Assembly: GCA_002787405.1 (NCBI GenBank)
Contig: PCWQ01000007.1
Location: 31,296 to 95,295 of the forward strand
Length of the DNA: 64,000 nucleotides
Source: Candidatus Komeilibacteria bacterium CG11_big_fil_rev_8_21_14_0_20_36_20
Lineage (GTDB): Bacteria; Patescibacteriota; Patescibacteriia; UBA1558; GWA2-36-10
Direction: 5' to 3'
The position numbers were made by a program, and so were the translations under genes. Under the pieces are notes generated by a model. It was given only the letters and a program-made list of their open reading frames with translations, was not told the DNA's origin and searched no databases. Below, piece by piece: positions 28,807-37,954 of this stretch. Within the stretch, counting starts at the first letter, position 1; each line of letters begins with the position of its first letter.

Positions 28807-28818
28807 CCCCCCCCCCCC
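28807..28818. repeat. C12 homopolymer tract (G12 on the coding strand) about 80 nt upstream of the HD-domain gene start
   Basis: Twelve consecutive C residues were counted directly in a region that is otherwise about 25% GC. Confidence 0.9.
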
Positions 28819-28864
28819 TCTTATTCCAAATATAGTTTTTTACTTCATCATCATTAAAAAAATT

Positions 28865-29968
28865 TTAATTTTTCTGACTATAGTATTCATAATATTTACT
28901 AACTGTCTTATACCAAGAAAATCTACTGGCAAATTCTTGAGAATGATGTTTCCACTGCTCTTGATCTGATGCTAACACTTTTATAATTTTATCATAGATA
29001 TCATTAGGTTGTCTCTGCTCGGCCAGATATCCGTTATAGCCATTCTGCAAAGCGTCTTCTATCCCACAATTTTTACTGCCAATGACTGGTAAACCAAAAG
29101 TTGCAGCCTCCAAAAAGACCAAGCCGAATCCTTCAAAATAATCACCGTTATTAACTGAAGTCATAATAAAAACATCAGATCTTTGATAAAAAAAAGATAA
29201 AACCTTGTCGCTCGCTTTATTGATGATGATGACATTATCAGAAATTTTATTGTTATGGCAATATTTCTTTATCTTATCAACATATTTTTTGTCAGCATCA
29301 GAACCGATGATAAAGTATCTAAAATCAGGATATTTTGATTTTAATTGCGTTATAGCTTGTAAACTATAATACTGGCCTTTTCTGCTCTTGATGGCGCCGA
29401 CTGTCAAAAATACAGGATAATGGTCTTTCAGCTTGTATTCTATTTTAAATTTACTTACCTCTTCATCAGACAATAAATTTAATCTCGTGGCACCCAACAA
29501 GACAGTTAATAAATTAGATGGTTTTAGCTTTTCTGATATTTTCTTTTTGGTGTAATCACTAATGCAAAAAATTTTTTCTGCCCTGATGAATGCTTTTTTC
29601 ATCAACCATTTTTTGCATTTAAAGTTAAACGGATCCACCGAATAAGTGCCTACACCACTAATAAATAATTTTTTATTCCTCCCTAAGGAGGAAAAGTAAC
29701 CATAAACGGCATAAGGCCAACCATCAAAGGCATGAATAATATCAAAGTCTTTGGCTAGTTTTCTGACTTTGAAAATATTACTTATTAATTTAAAAACGGA
29801 AATAGTGGGAGATAAAATATTCAGTTCATTGCTCTGATTGCTCCCTTTTTCCGTCACTACTTTATAGACCAGACCAAACTTAAGATACTCCTTAAGAATT
29901 GAAGAAGAATATCTGCCCCAACCGGATTTATTATTTATATCATGAGTAATAACTAGAATTTTTATCAT
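28865..29968 (-). CDS. family 4 glycosyltransferase
   Basis: A GT4 C-terminal motif reads EGFGLVFLEAATFGLPVIGS. Confidence 0.8.
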   Translation of the reverse strand: MIKILVITHDINNKSGWGRYSSSILKEYLKFGLVYKVVTEKGSNQSNELNILSPTISVFKLISNIFKVRKLAKDFDIIHAFDGWPYAVYGYFSSLGRNKKLFISGVGTYSVDPFNFKCKKWLMKKAFIRAEKIFCISDYTKKKISEKLKPSNLLTVLLGATRLNLLSDEEVSKFKIEYKLKDHYPVFLTVGAIKSRKGQYYSLQAITQLKSKYPDFRYFIIGSDADKKYVDKIKKYCHNNKISDNVIIINKASDKVLSFFYQRSDVFIMTSVNNGDYFEGFGLVFLEAATFGLPVIGSKNCGIEDALQNGYNGYLAEQRQPNDIYDKIIKVLASDQEQWKHHSQEFASRFSWYKTVSKYYEYYSQKN

Positions 29969-29992
29969 AATCTTTTTATCTATTGTAACTCA

Positions 29993-30254
29993 TCAGGTTA
30001 TAAAATCTATTATCTGTTTGGCTCGCTCCAACCAAGTATACTTTTGAACTTTAGAATAAGCTTTATCAGATAATTTCTCTCTTAAATCAGGATTAGGATT
30101 ATCTAATAGAAATTTAATCTGCTTGGCTAAATCTGCAGGATCATCCGGCTGTCAGAAAACCATTGGCCAATGGTGTCTGGCCTAAATCTAAAATTTTAAC
30201 TAAATCTTTTGAACCACATATTCTACAATCATCCTTATGTATATAATTCCTCAT
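29993..30254 (-). pseudogene. gene remnants: the N-terminal 35 aa of a sugar C-methyltransferase (TylCIII/TcaB9-like zinc ribbon) abutting the C-terminal roughly 50 aa of a GT4
   Basis: Minus-strand translation gives MRNYIHKDDCRICGSKDLVKILDLGQTPLANGFLTAG followed by a stop. The next frame reads DDPADLAKQIKFLLDNPNPDLREKLSDKAYSKVQKYTWLERAKQIIDFIT, homologous to the C-terminus of the GT4 at 31673..32863. Confidence 0.6.
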
Positions 30255-30264
30255 AGTTAATTAT

Positions 30265-31128
30265 CTAGTATCTAAGTAATTTTAAAGTAGGAAGCCACTC
30301 TTCTCTAAGATATTCTTCTAATGCTTTTTGCCAATCTCTGGCTAAATCAAAACGTTTTGAGACCATACTTTCGTTCATACCTCTTTGCGCTGGTAAATTG
30401 AAATAACTTGAATCCACTGGCATTACTTTGACATCTTTCCCCAGCACTTCAATAATTTTCACTACCATATCATAACGTGAACATACGCCTTTATTGCTAA
30501 GATGAAAAATTCCTTTAGCATCTTTTTTTATGAGGTATTTTAAATGATTTATCAAATCTTTACCAAATGTCGGCGAGATAAATGAATCGTTAATCGCTTT
30601 TATCTCCTGACAATCTTTTTTCTTAAGCTGATTAATTATTTTACTGACAAATTTCTGATCTTTCTTGGGGCCACCTCCAAAAACTCCACATACTCGAGCA
30701 ATAATATAATCATCTGAAATGTCCCTCACTACAACTTCTCCGATATATTTTGACCGTCCGTAAAAATACTGTGGATTAGTTTTATCATCCTCACTATAAG
30801 GATCCTTGCTAAATCCGTCAAATACCGCTGAAGTAGAAACATAGACCATCTTTGCTCCTACTTTTTGAGCGGCTACCGCCACATTATAAGTGCCGATTGC
30901 GTTAACAAAATAAGCATACATAGGGTCTCTTTCACATCTATCAACATCTGTCTCAGCCGCTAAATGTATAATTGCTCTTGGTTGGTATTGATCAATAATT
31001 TTCATTGTCTCCATAAGATCAGTCACATCAAGCAAACGTTTATTTACTTTGATACCAAAATCCACATAAGACCCCACCATGCCATTGGCACCGGTAATAA
31101 CAGTTTTATCTAAAATATTATCATCCAT
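30265..31128 (-). CDS. NAD(P)-dependent sugar reductase/epimerase (RmlD-like)
   Basis: An N-terminal Rossmann motif reads VITGANGMVGSYV. 287 aa, SDR fold. Confidence 0.65.
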   Translation of the reverse strand: MDDNILDKTVITGANGMVGSYVDFGIKVNKRLLDVTDLMETMKIIDQYQPRAIIHLAAETDVDRCERDPMYAYFVNAIGTYNVAVAAQKVGAKMVYVSTSAVFDGFSKDPYSEDDKTNPQYFYGRSKYIGEVVVRDISDDYIIARVCGVFGGGPKKDQKFVSKIINQLKKKDCQEIKAINDSFISPTFGKDLINHLKYLIKKDAKGIFHLSNKGVCSRYDMVVKIIEVLGKDVKVMPVDSSYFNLPAQRGMNESMVSKRFDLARDWQKALEEYLREEWLPTLKLLRY

Positions 31129-31142
31129 AATTATTCAATTAA

Positions 31143-31598
31143 TTATCTATTTTTAACCTGCCAATCAAAACCAATCTCCTTAGAATCATAAGGAATACGA
31201 TGTTCATCAGGATTGTCGGCGTCATAACGCTCGGTGGTATGATAAAACAATCCAACTTTCTTATTACCTAAAACACTATAACCATGCGCTACCCCTTTGG
31301 GTATATAGATTAAGACCGGATTGTCTTCTCCAGCGCAAATCACCTGTGTCTCCCCTTTAGTTTTTGATTTATCTCTCAAATCATATAAAACAACCTTGGC
31401 CATGCCTCGAGAAACAAACCAGATATCATCTTGCTTTTTATGATAATGAAAGGCCTTAATAACACCAGGATGCGTCTCGGTATAGGAAGTTTGTTTTATG
31501 ACAGAAAAAAATGGATCATCCGAGGCCAATATTTCAGCAAAAAATCCTCTGTCATCACAATATTTGACTATTTTCTTTATTTGTACGCCATCTATCAT
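31143..31598 (-). CDS. dTDP-4-dehydrorhamnose 3,5-epimerase-like cupin (RmlC family)
   Basis: An RmlC-like pattern is present (DDRGFF...HYHKKQDDIWFVSRG...PKGVAHGYSVL...Y). Confidence 0.7.
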   Translation of the reverse strand: MIDGVQIKKIVKYCDDRGFFAEILASDDPFFSVIKQTSYTETHPGVIKAFHYHKKQDDIWFVSRGMAKVVLYDLRDKSKTKGETQVICAGEDNPVLIYIPKGVAHGYSVLGNKKVGLFYHTTERYDADNPDEHRIPYDSKEIGFDWQVKNR

Positions 31599-31672
31599 AA
31601 TTTATGTTTTAATTTATTTAATTCATATAAACATTAACAATTATAAACCCAAAAGACAAATATGACAACCAA

Positions 31673-32863
31673 TTATGACACAAAATCTACTATCTTGTCC
31701 ACTCTGTTCTGCCAAGTATAATTCTGCACCTTATTATAAGCTTGCTTGGCTATTTTTTCACTTAACATGTCATCATTGAGCACTACTTTAATTTTCTCAG
31801 CCAAATCTTTTGGATTATCCGGTTGGAAGAAAACACAGTTTTCTGAATCCAAAACTTCTCTGGCGCTAGGCAAATCAGAGCTGACAATTGGTCTTTGCAT
31901 CGCCATATATTCAAATAACTTCAAAGGTGAAGTATATAATCTTGAAATATCATTTTTCGCAGAATTAGGCAACACCAAAATATCAGCCGCTCTCAAATAT
32001 AAAGGCACCTCCTCATGGGGCTTGCGTCCAGCTATTAAAATATTTTTATGCTTATTATTTTTTTCCTTAAATTTTATAATATCTTCATCTGTACCTCCAA
32101 GAAAAATAATTAATTCCTTTTCTGACAAAAAACCTGCTGCGTCCGCTAAAATCTGCGCGCCCTTCCAGTCATATAAATGTCCCGAATAAAGAATTACTTT
32201 TTTATCTAGTGGAAATTTTAATAAACTTCTTATTTCTTCTTTACTTTTTTGATCACCTGAAAATAGTTCTAAATCCACTCCATCCGGAGCAACAATTATT
32301 TTATCTCTACTTAATCCTAAATTAATCAATTCACTTTTTAAACCATTACTAATCGTGATAATACCCGCGCACTTCTTCCAGTATTTTAAATAATACTTAT
32401 GATGTTGCGGTAAATCATGACACTCCCAATAAACTTTACTGGAAAATAATTGCAACACCGGCAATAAATATTCATCTCGTGTATAAAATATTTTATCTTT
32501 CTTATTTTTCAAAAAAATAAAATAGAAAAATAATCTTACAATAAAAAATAAGGATTGAAACTTTATATAGGTGCCCGCTGGAAATTTTAAAAGAAAACGC
32601 GGATCAATCGTCCAAAGTTTTCTAATTTTAAAATTTTCTTCAATTTTATAATAATCAAAAATATTCTCTTTACTAAAAGATGGATTTTTTCTTTTTGGCA
32701 AAATTAATGTCAAATCAATATTTCGAACAGCAAAAAGATGGCACATTTTTAATATCTGTAAACCATGCGCCTTCTCTGTGGGAATTCTTGAATTTGCTAT
32801 GTATAATAATTTCACCGCGCTAGAAATTTCACTTTTATTACTTCTTATTTTTTCCATAGTCAA
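31673..32863 (-). CDS. family 4 glycosyltransferase
   Basis: A 396-aa GT4-like protein whose C-terminus ([13 protein letters not shown]) is shared with the remnant at 29993..30157. Confidence 0.75.
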   Translation of the reverse strand: MTMEKIRSNKSEISSAVKLLYIANSRIPTEKAHGLQILKMCHLFAVRNIDLTLILPKRKNPSFSKENIFDYYKIEENFKIRKLWTIDPRFLLKFPAGTYIKFQSLFFIVRLFFYFIFLKNKKDKIFYTRDEYLLPVLQLFSSKVYWECHDLPQHHKYYLKYWKKCAGIITISNGLKSELINLGLSRDKIIVAPDGVDLELFSGDQKSKEEIRSLLKFPLDKKVILYSGHLYDWKGAQILADAAGFLSEKELIIFLGGTDEDIIKFKEKNNKHKNILIAGRKPHEEVPLYLRAADILVLPNSAKNDISRLYTSPLKLFEYMAMQRPIVSSDLPSAREVLDSENCVFFQPDNPKDLAEKIKVVLNDDMLSEKIAKQAYNKVQNYTWQNRVDKIVDFVS

Positions 32864-32894
32864 TGATGGTTATCCCCGTGATTTCTAACGGGGT

Positions 32895-34742
32895 TCACAT
32901 CTTATACTTTTTATACCAAATCTGAAAATTAATCAAAGACCAAACAGTGTTCAAGGCATATTCCTTTTGGCTAATATGATTATCCAAAATTACTTTTATT
33001 GCCTCAAAATTAAACAATTCTTTTGTTTCTGGATTATAATCCGGTGATAAAACCTCATAGGCCATATTTTTCATGCCCGTCCTTAACCACTTGGCGGTTG
33101 GCGCAAAAAATCCTCTCTTCTTCTGATTATACACAAAATCAGGAATATATTCTTTCAAAGCTTGTTTGAAAATTAATTTACCTTGTTCGGCACTATTTAT
33201 TTTATATTTACTGGCAATCTTCATAGATAATTCAACTACCTCTTTATCTAAAATAGGCACTCTTTGTTCCACTCCCCAAGCCATACTCATTTTATCTGAT
33301 TGAGCTAAAGACTCGTCAATCAGCCAAGTGTCTATATCTGCTTTCATTAATTTTTTCAAAAAATCATCTGGTTTACCTTTGAAATTATGATCAGCAATAT
33401 ATTCTTTATTGGCTGTTAAATTACTAACTTGAGGATTAAGAAACCGGCTAACCATTTTTTCTTTTTGAGCTCGCCAAGACCAAAAGACATCAAGTGGCGC
33501 AGTTAAATTCAGTTTATTATAATTCTTTTGTTTGCCTGATAAAGCAAAAATTTTTTCAATTAAACCATTCTGGCGCAGAACTTTTGGCATCCTCTGCCAG
33601 CGACGAATTAAATTATAATAATAATAACGATCATAACCACCAAATAATTCATCACCTCCATCACCACCAAGCACAACCTTGATGCCCTCTTGTTTAGTAA
33701 ACTTAGATAAAAGAAAAATTGAAATTTGGGTAGGGTTGGCTACCAAATCATCCATATGCCAAATGACCTCCTCTAAATTATCCAAAACATCCTGCGACTT
33801 AATAATCAGCTCATGATGCTCCGTCTGATAATGTTTAGCCGTCTGACGGGCCAAAAGATAATCACTATTAAATTTATCCTGTTCCACGTCTATATCAAAG
33901 CCAACGGAAAAGGTCTGAATTGGCTGATCAGTAAATTCCGACATCAAACCCAAAACTACTGTTGAGTCAATGCCACCTGATAAAAACATGCCAACCGGCA
34001 CATCGGCAATCATTTGTCGTTTAACTGCGGCTTTTAGCGTCTCTCTAATTTTATCAATTGACTCCTCTCTATTAAAACTATCTTCGTAATCCTCTATTTG
34101 CCAATATTTTTGAATATTAATTTTATTATTTTTTAAGACTAAATAACTAGCCGGTGGTAATTTATAAATATTCTGCCAAATTGTTTCCGGACCATTAATA
34201 TACAAAAACCTGAAATATAAATTTAGGGCATTAATATTGAGATCTCTTTTAACATCATGTTTTAAAACCGCTTTAATCTCTGAGGAAAAAATAAATTTGG
34301 AACCGTCAAAATAATAGAAAACTGGCTTAACTCCTAAATGATCGCGAGCAATAAACAACTCTTGTTTCTGGTTATCCAAAATAGCTAGAGCAAAAATGCC
34401 ACTAAATTTATTTACACAATCATAGCCCCATTTTCTATAGGCAGCGAGAATAACTTCCGTGTCGCTCTGCGTCTTAAACGGATAAATATCCTTTAATTCT
34501 TTTTTTAATTCACGATAATTATAGATTTCTCCATTAAAAACAATCCCCTGTTTTTTATCAAAACTAAACATTGGTTGGTTTGCTTCTTTTGATAAATCAA
34601 TAATGCTCAAACGATTATGCCCTAAAGAAATATCACTACTAGTAAAAACCCCGGCATCGTCCGGGCCACGATATGAGATTATTTCATTCATATCTAGAAT
34701 TAAGGCCTCATCTTTATAATTAAAACCGTTAATAGAGCACAT
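32895..34742 (-). CDS. asparagine synthetase-like glutamine amidotransferase (AsnB/WbpS-like)
   Basis: The N-terminus MCSINGF provides a Cys2 nucleophile. The PP-loop SGGIDS is present. 615 aa. Confidence 0.85.
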   Translation of the reverse strand: MCSINGFNYKDEALILDMNEIISYRGPDDAGVFTSSDISLGHNRLSIIDLSKEANQPMFSFDKKQGIVFNGEIYNYRELKKELKDIYPFKTQSDTEVILAAYRKWGYDCVNKFSGIFALAILDNQKQELFIARDHLGVKPVFYYFDGSKFIFSSEIKAVLKHDVKRDLNINALNLYFRFLYINGPETIWQNIYKLPPASYLVLKNNKINIQKYWQIEDYEDSFNREESIDKIRETLKAAVKRQMIADVPVGMFLSGGIDSTVVLGLMSEFTDQPIQTFSVGFDIDVEQDKFNSDYLLARQTAKHYQTEHHELIIKSQDVLDNLEEVIWHMDDLVANPTQISIFLLSKFTKQEGIKVVLGGDGGDELFGGYDRYYYYNLIRRWQRMPKVLRQNGLIEKIFALSGKQKNYNKLNLTAPLDVFWSWRAQKEKMVSRFLNPQVSNLTANKEYIADHNFKGKPDDFLKKLMKADIDTWLIDESLAQSDKMSMAWGVEQRVPILDKEVVELSMKIASKYKINSAEQGKLIFKQALKEYIPDFVYNQKKRGFFAPTAKWLRTGMKNMAYEVLSPDYNPETKELFNFEAIKVILDNHISQKEYALNTVWSLINFQIWYKKYKM

Positions 34743-34743
34743 T

Positions 34744-35553
34744 TTACAAAGAATTATACAATTTACTAATTATTTTTTGTGCATCTTCATCTACATTTAG
34801 ATATTTAGTTACAACTATTCGTAAAAATCTGATAGCTACCAAAGTGATATAAATAATAAAAAACCATTTTAAGAAATGACTACTATTAAAGAAATCAACA
34901 ACGTAAACCAGTAAAAACATAAATATCATTAAATCATTTCTAGCGATGATAGTTGAAAATTTAAGAATCTTTAATAGCTTTAATAATGCTCTATTAGCTG
35001 GTGTGATTTTCCTTTCCTGATTATGATATTGCCTAACCCATTCTATCTTCTTGAAAAACAACATAAAATAGATAAAAGTTGAGCTGATAGTATTAAAAAT
35101 AATTAAAACTACAACTAAAAGAGTTAAAAATAGATAAATATTGTCTTGATAAGTAAAAAATAATTTTAGTCCCAGACCAGTTAAAATACTCGGCATAAAA
35201 ACAAAATGGTAAACTTGTTCTAATAATCCCCCCCTTAAGGTGTCTCTTTTTAGATAACGAGCTAATTCCCCATCAACCTTATCCAAAAGAATACTCAGAA
35301 TAATTAAAATGAAAGCTAAAATATTTATACGAAAACTATGGTGGCGCAGCGTTAGGCCTCCAAGTATTATTAATATAATATTCAAGACGGAAATAAAATT
35401 AGGGTTTATTTTTTTATTAGTAATTAACAAAAAAAATTTTGTAATGTAAATAGAAATATCACGATATAATAAATATCCTGCCATACTAAACTTGGGTGGT
35501 TTATTTCTTTTACTAGCTTGGCAAATTTCTTTTAACTCTTTAATTGATTCCAT
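34744..35553 (-). CDS. polytopic membrane protein with a degenerate CDP-alcohol phosphatidyltransferase-like motif
   Basis: LDKVDGELARYLKRDTLRGGLLEQVYH matches D-x2-DG-x2-AR-x8-G-x3-(D>E)-x3-(D>H). Confidence 0.4.
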   Translation of the reverse strand: MESIKELKEICQASKRNKPPKFSMAGYLLYRDISIYITKFFLLITNKKINPNFISVLNIILIILGGLTLRHHSFRINILAFILIILSILLDKVDGELARYLKRDTLRGGLLEQVYHFVFMPSILTGLGLKLFFTYQDNIYLFLTLLVVVLIIFNTISSTFIYFMLFFKKIEWVRQYHNQERKITPANRALLKLLKILKFSTIIARNDLMIFMFLLVYVVDFFNSSHFLKWFFIIYITLVAIRFLRIVVTKYLNVDEDAQKIISKLYNSL

Positions 35554-36875
35554 TACTTTGTATATCTAAAATTAATTATAGGTGTTAAACTAAAAATTTT
35601 CTTCAAAATATTATTTTTCTCCAAAGCGGTCCAGACATATTCAGCTGCTTGACTCTGCTTTAAACTAACTGATTCTTTGTGCCGGAAAATTGAAAAATTA
35701 ATCTCATTCTTTAAAGCTATTTTTCTAACCTGATGATTAGTGTATTGATTTTTATTTTGCAATTCAGTAGTTGAAAAATTACTAGTGGCTTTTCCATAAC
35801 CATGGTCAGACAATTTTAATATCTCATTATTAGGTATTCCTCGGCCAACATAACTTTTCAAATTATATAACCCTGACAAAACCACCGGCTGATCATCCTT
35901 GACTAAATTAGCATTATTGGCATAAAGAAAATAAATACTGTCTTCTTTTTTTATTTCTTTGACAAAATCATGAGTGTGATCCGAAAAATAATTTAGATCA
36001 GTAATTTGATTCAAAACATCCTGCAACAACATAAAAGTAGTCAAACGAGTAGCCAAACCGTAATTTATCAAAACCTTAAGCGTATCTCTAAAAATATTAT
36101 AATATTTATTACCTTGATTAAGGCCGATAAATTCTGACCGATAAACTATTTTATTTAAAATTTCTGAATTAAGCACAGAGCTTGGGCCCCCTTGACCCAT
36201 ATGATAAAGAATAAAAATCTGCCCTTCTTTAACTCCCCATTTGCTGGCCTGTTCTTGGTCAAAAATCTCGTCAGCAACTTGAACTTCAATAAAATGATTA
36301 CCTTGCAGAAAACTCCCAATATTATTCCTTAAATATTGATGGCCATTTTTCCAATCATCATTAAAATAATCAAAAATATCTTTATTGATATTTGCTACTT
36401 GGGGAGAATCTACATTAAATATATTATCAACTGATTGTTTAAATTTACTCTGCAAATATGCCGGCCCTTGCAGACACACTTCATAAAACTCCTTCCGACT
36501 TAAAGAATATTTATTAGGCAAAGGACGTCTTAATTTAGAAAATATTCCTTTAATAAGGCCTTTATTAAAATTTAATAAAGCTTTTTCCAGCTTATCTATG
36601 GTCTCGGTGCTATAACTCAGTTCTGTTTTGATTAAAGACTTTCCGCAATTAATATTAACGGCGCTTAATTGGGGATACAAAATATCTCTACTTAGCGAAC
36701 CAAAACTGGATGGGATATATCCTTTGTACCCCATTCTGGCTCCTTCTTTTTTTAAATGTATATCAGGCAAAACTAAGAGCTCTTCTACGCCAGGCAAACT
36801 CGCTATCTCCTGAATTCTTTGCAAAAGTTTTGTTGATAATTTTTCCTTATCAATGGTAAATTTTATATTTGCCAT
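35553..36875 (-). CDS. divergent RtcB-family protein (RNA 3'-phosphate ligase fold) embedded in the glycan operon
   Basis: RtcB motifs were found in order: LPGVEELLVLPDIH (PDxH), AVNINCGKS (the D/N-I-N-C-G metal site), GNHFIEVQ, and HMGQGG in place of HSGSRG. Confidence 0.6.
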   Translation of the reverse strand: MANIKFTIDKEKLSTKLLQRIQEIASLPGVEELLVLPDIHLKKEGARMGYKGYIPSSFGSLSRDILYPQLSAVNINCGKSLIKTELSYSTETIDKLEKALLNFNKGLIKGIFSKLRRPLPNKYSLSRKEFYEVCLQGPAYLQSKFKQSVDNIFNVDSPQVANINKDIFDYFNDDWKNGHQYLRNNIGSFLQGNHFIEVQVADEIFDQEQASKWGVKEGQIFILYHMGQGGPSSVLNSEILNKIVYRSEFIGLNQGNKYYNIFRDTLKVLINYGLATRLTTFMLLQDVLNQITDLNYFSDHTHDFVKEIKKEDSIYFLYANNANLVKDDQPVVLSGLYNLKSYVGRGIPNNEILKLSDHGYGKATSNFSTTELQNKNQYTNHQVRKIALKNEINFSIFRHKESVSLKQSQAAEYVWTALEKNNILKKIFSLTPIINFRYTK

Positions 36876-36880
36876 AAATC

Positions 36881-37954
36881 TTACTTTTTATATAAATCTA
36901 CAATTTCTTTAGATAATACTTCCAAATTTTGATGATGCTGAATATATTGACTTAAAGACAGTAATAACCCCCCTGAACTTTCATTGATAGCTTTGATCAC
37001 TTTATCCGCCATATCTTTATGGTCGTATATATATAATGAAGGATGCAGAGAGTTTAAAATATCTTCAAAAGCAACATTAGAAGATATTACTAAAGTTCCG
37101 CAACTCATTGCTTCTAGAACATTTTTATCTAAACTGCCGGTCTTGCTAAAATTTAAGAAAATATCTGCCTCCTGATAGAACTTAGGGGTATTAACATTGG
37201 AAACCGAGCCGACAAATTCCACACTGTCCTCTAGATTAAAACTCTTCACGTTTTTCTTTAATTCCTCCAGATAAATTTTATCCCCAGCCAAACTTGGCGC
37301 GCCCACAATTTTTAATAAAACTGGCTTGGACAATTTTTGCCTTAACTCACGAACTAAGTCAATCATCAATTGAATATTTTTAGTTGGTGAAATCCGACTG
37401 ACGGATAATAAAATTAATTTTTCTTTATTAATTGTCTCTTTAAAATAAAAAATGTCACTATCAATACCATGATGCATGACGATTAATTTTTTGCTCGGCA
37501 AACGGAAACTTTCTTTAGATGCTGTAACCATTACATCCGAAAGCATATTTAATAGCCGCAGCTTCCAGTTAACGCCCTTGTGTGTATACCAAGCTATTAA
37601 TTTTTTTCTAAAAATTTTAGCCCAAGGGGCAATCAAAATGCCATACTCCGGATTTTGATGGGCAAAAACGCCATCCACTTTTGGCAATAATCTGACTGCT
37701 AACCGCTGAAACTGCCAAAACTCTTGCCAACGATTTTTACCTTTTTCCTTACCTAAAGAATAAACTCTAATATTATCCGGCAAGCCGCTATCATTGCCTT
37801 TTTCCAAACAAATAACGTAAAGTTTATCCAAGTTAGCGGCTATTTTTTTAATCCAATTATAAGTAAAACCGGCCAAACCGTCATCTTGATCTACTCTTCT
37901 AGTAATCATTAATAATTTCATCTTGGTAATTTTTGCTCTATAATATCTTCCCAA
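36881..37954 (-). CDS. family 4 glycosyltransferase
   Basis: The GT4 C-terminal domain reads NVLEAMSCGTLVISSNV. Confidence 0.8.
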   Translation of the reverse strand: MGRYYRAKITKMKLLMITRRVDQDDGLAGFTYNWIKKIAANLDKLYVICLEKGNDSGLPDNIRVYSLGKEKGKNRWQEFWQFQRLAVRLLPKVDGVFAHQNPEYGILIAPWAKIFRKKLIAWYTHKGVNWKLRLLNMLSDVMVTASKESFRLPSKKLIVMHHGIDSDIFYFKETINKEKLILLSVSRISPTKNIQLMIDLVRELRQKLSKPVLLKIVGAPSLAGDKIYLEELKKNVKSFNLEDSVEFVGSVSNVNTPKFYQEADIFLNFSKTGSLDKNVLEAMSCGTLVISSNVAFEDILNSLHPSLYIYDHKDMADKVIKAINESSGGLLLSLSQYIQHHQNLEVLSKEIVDLYKK

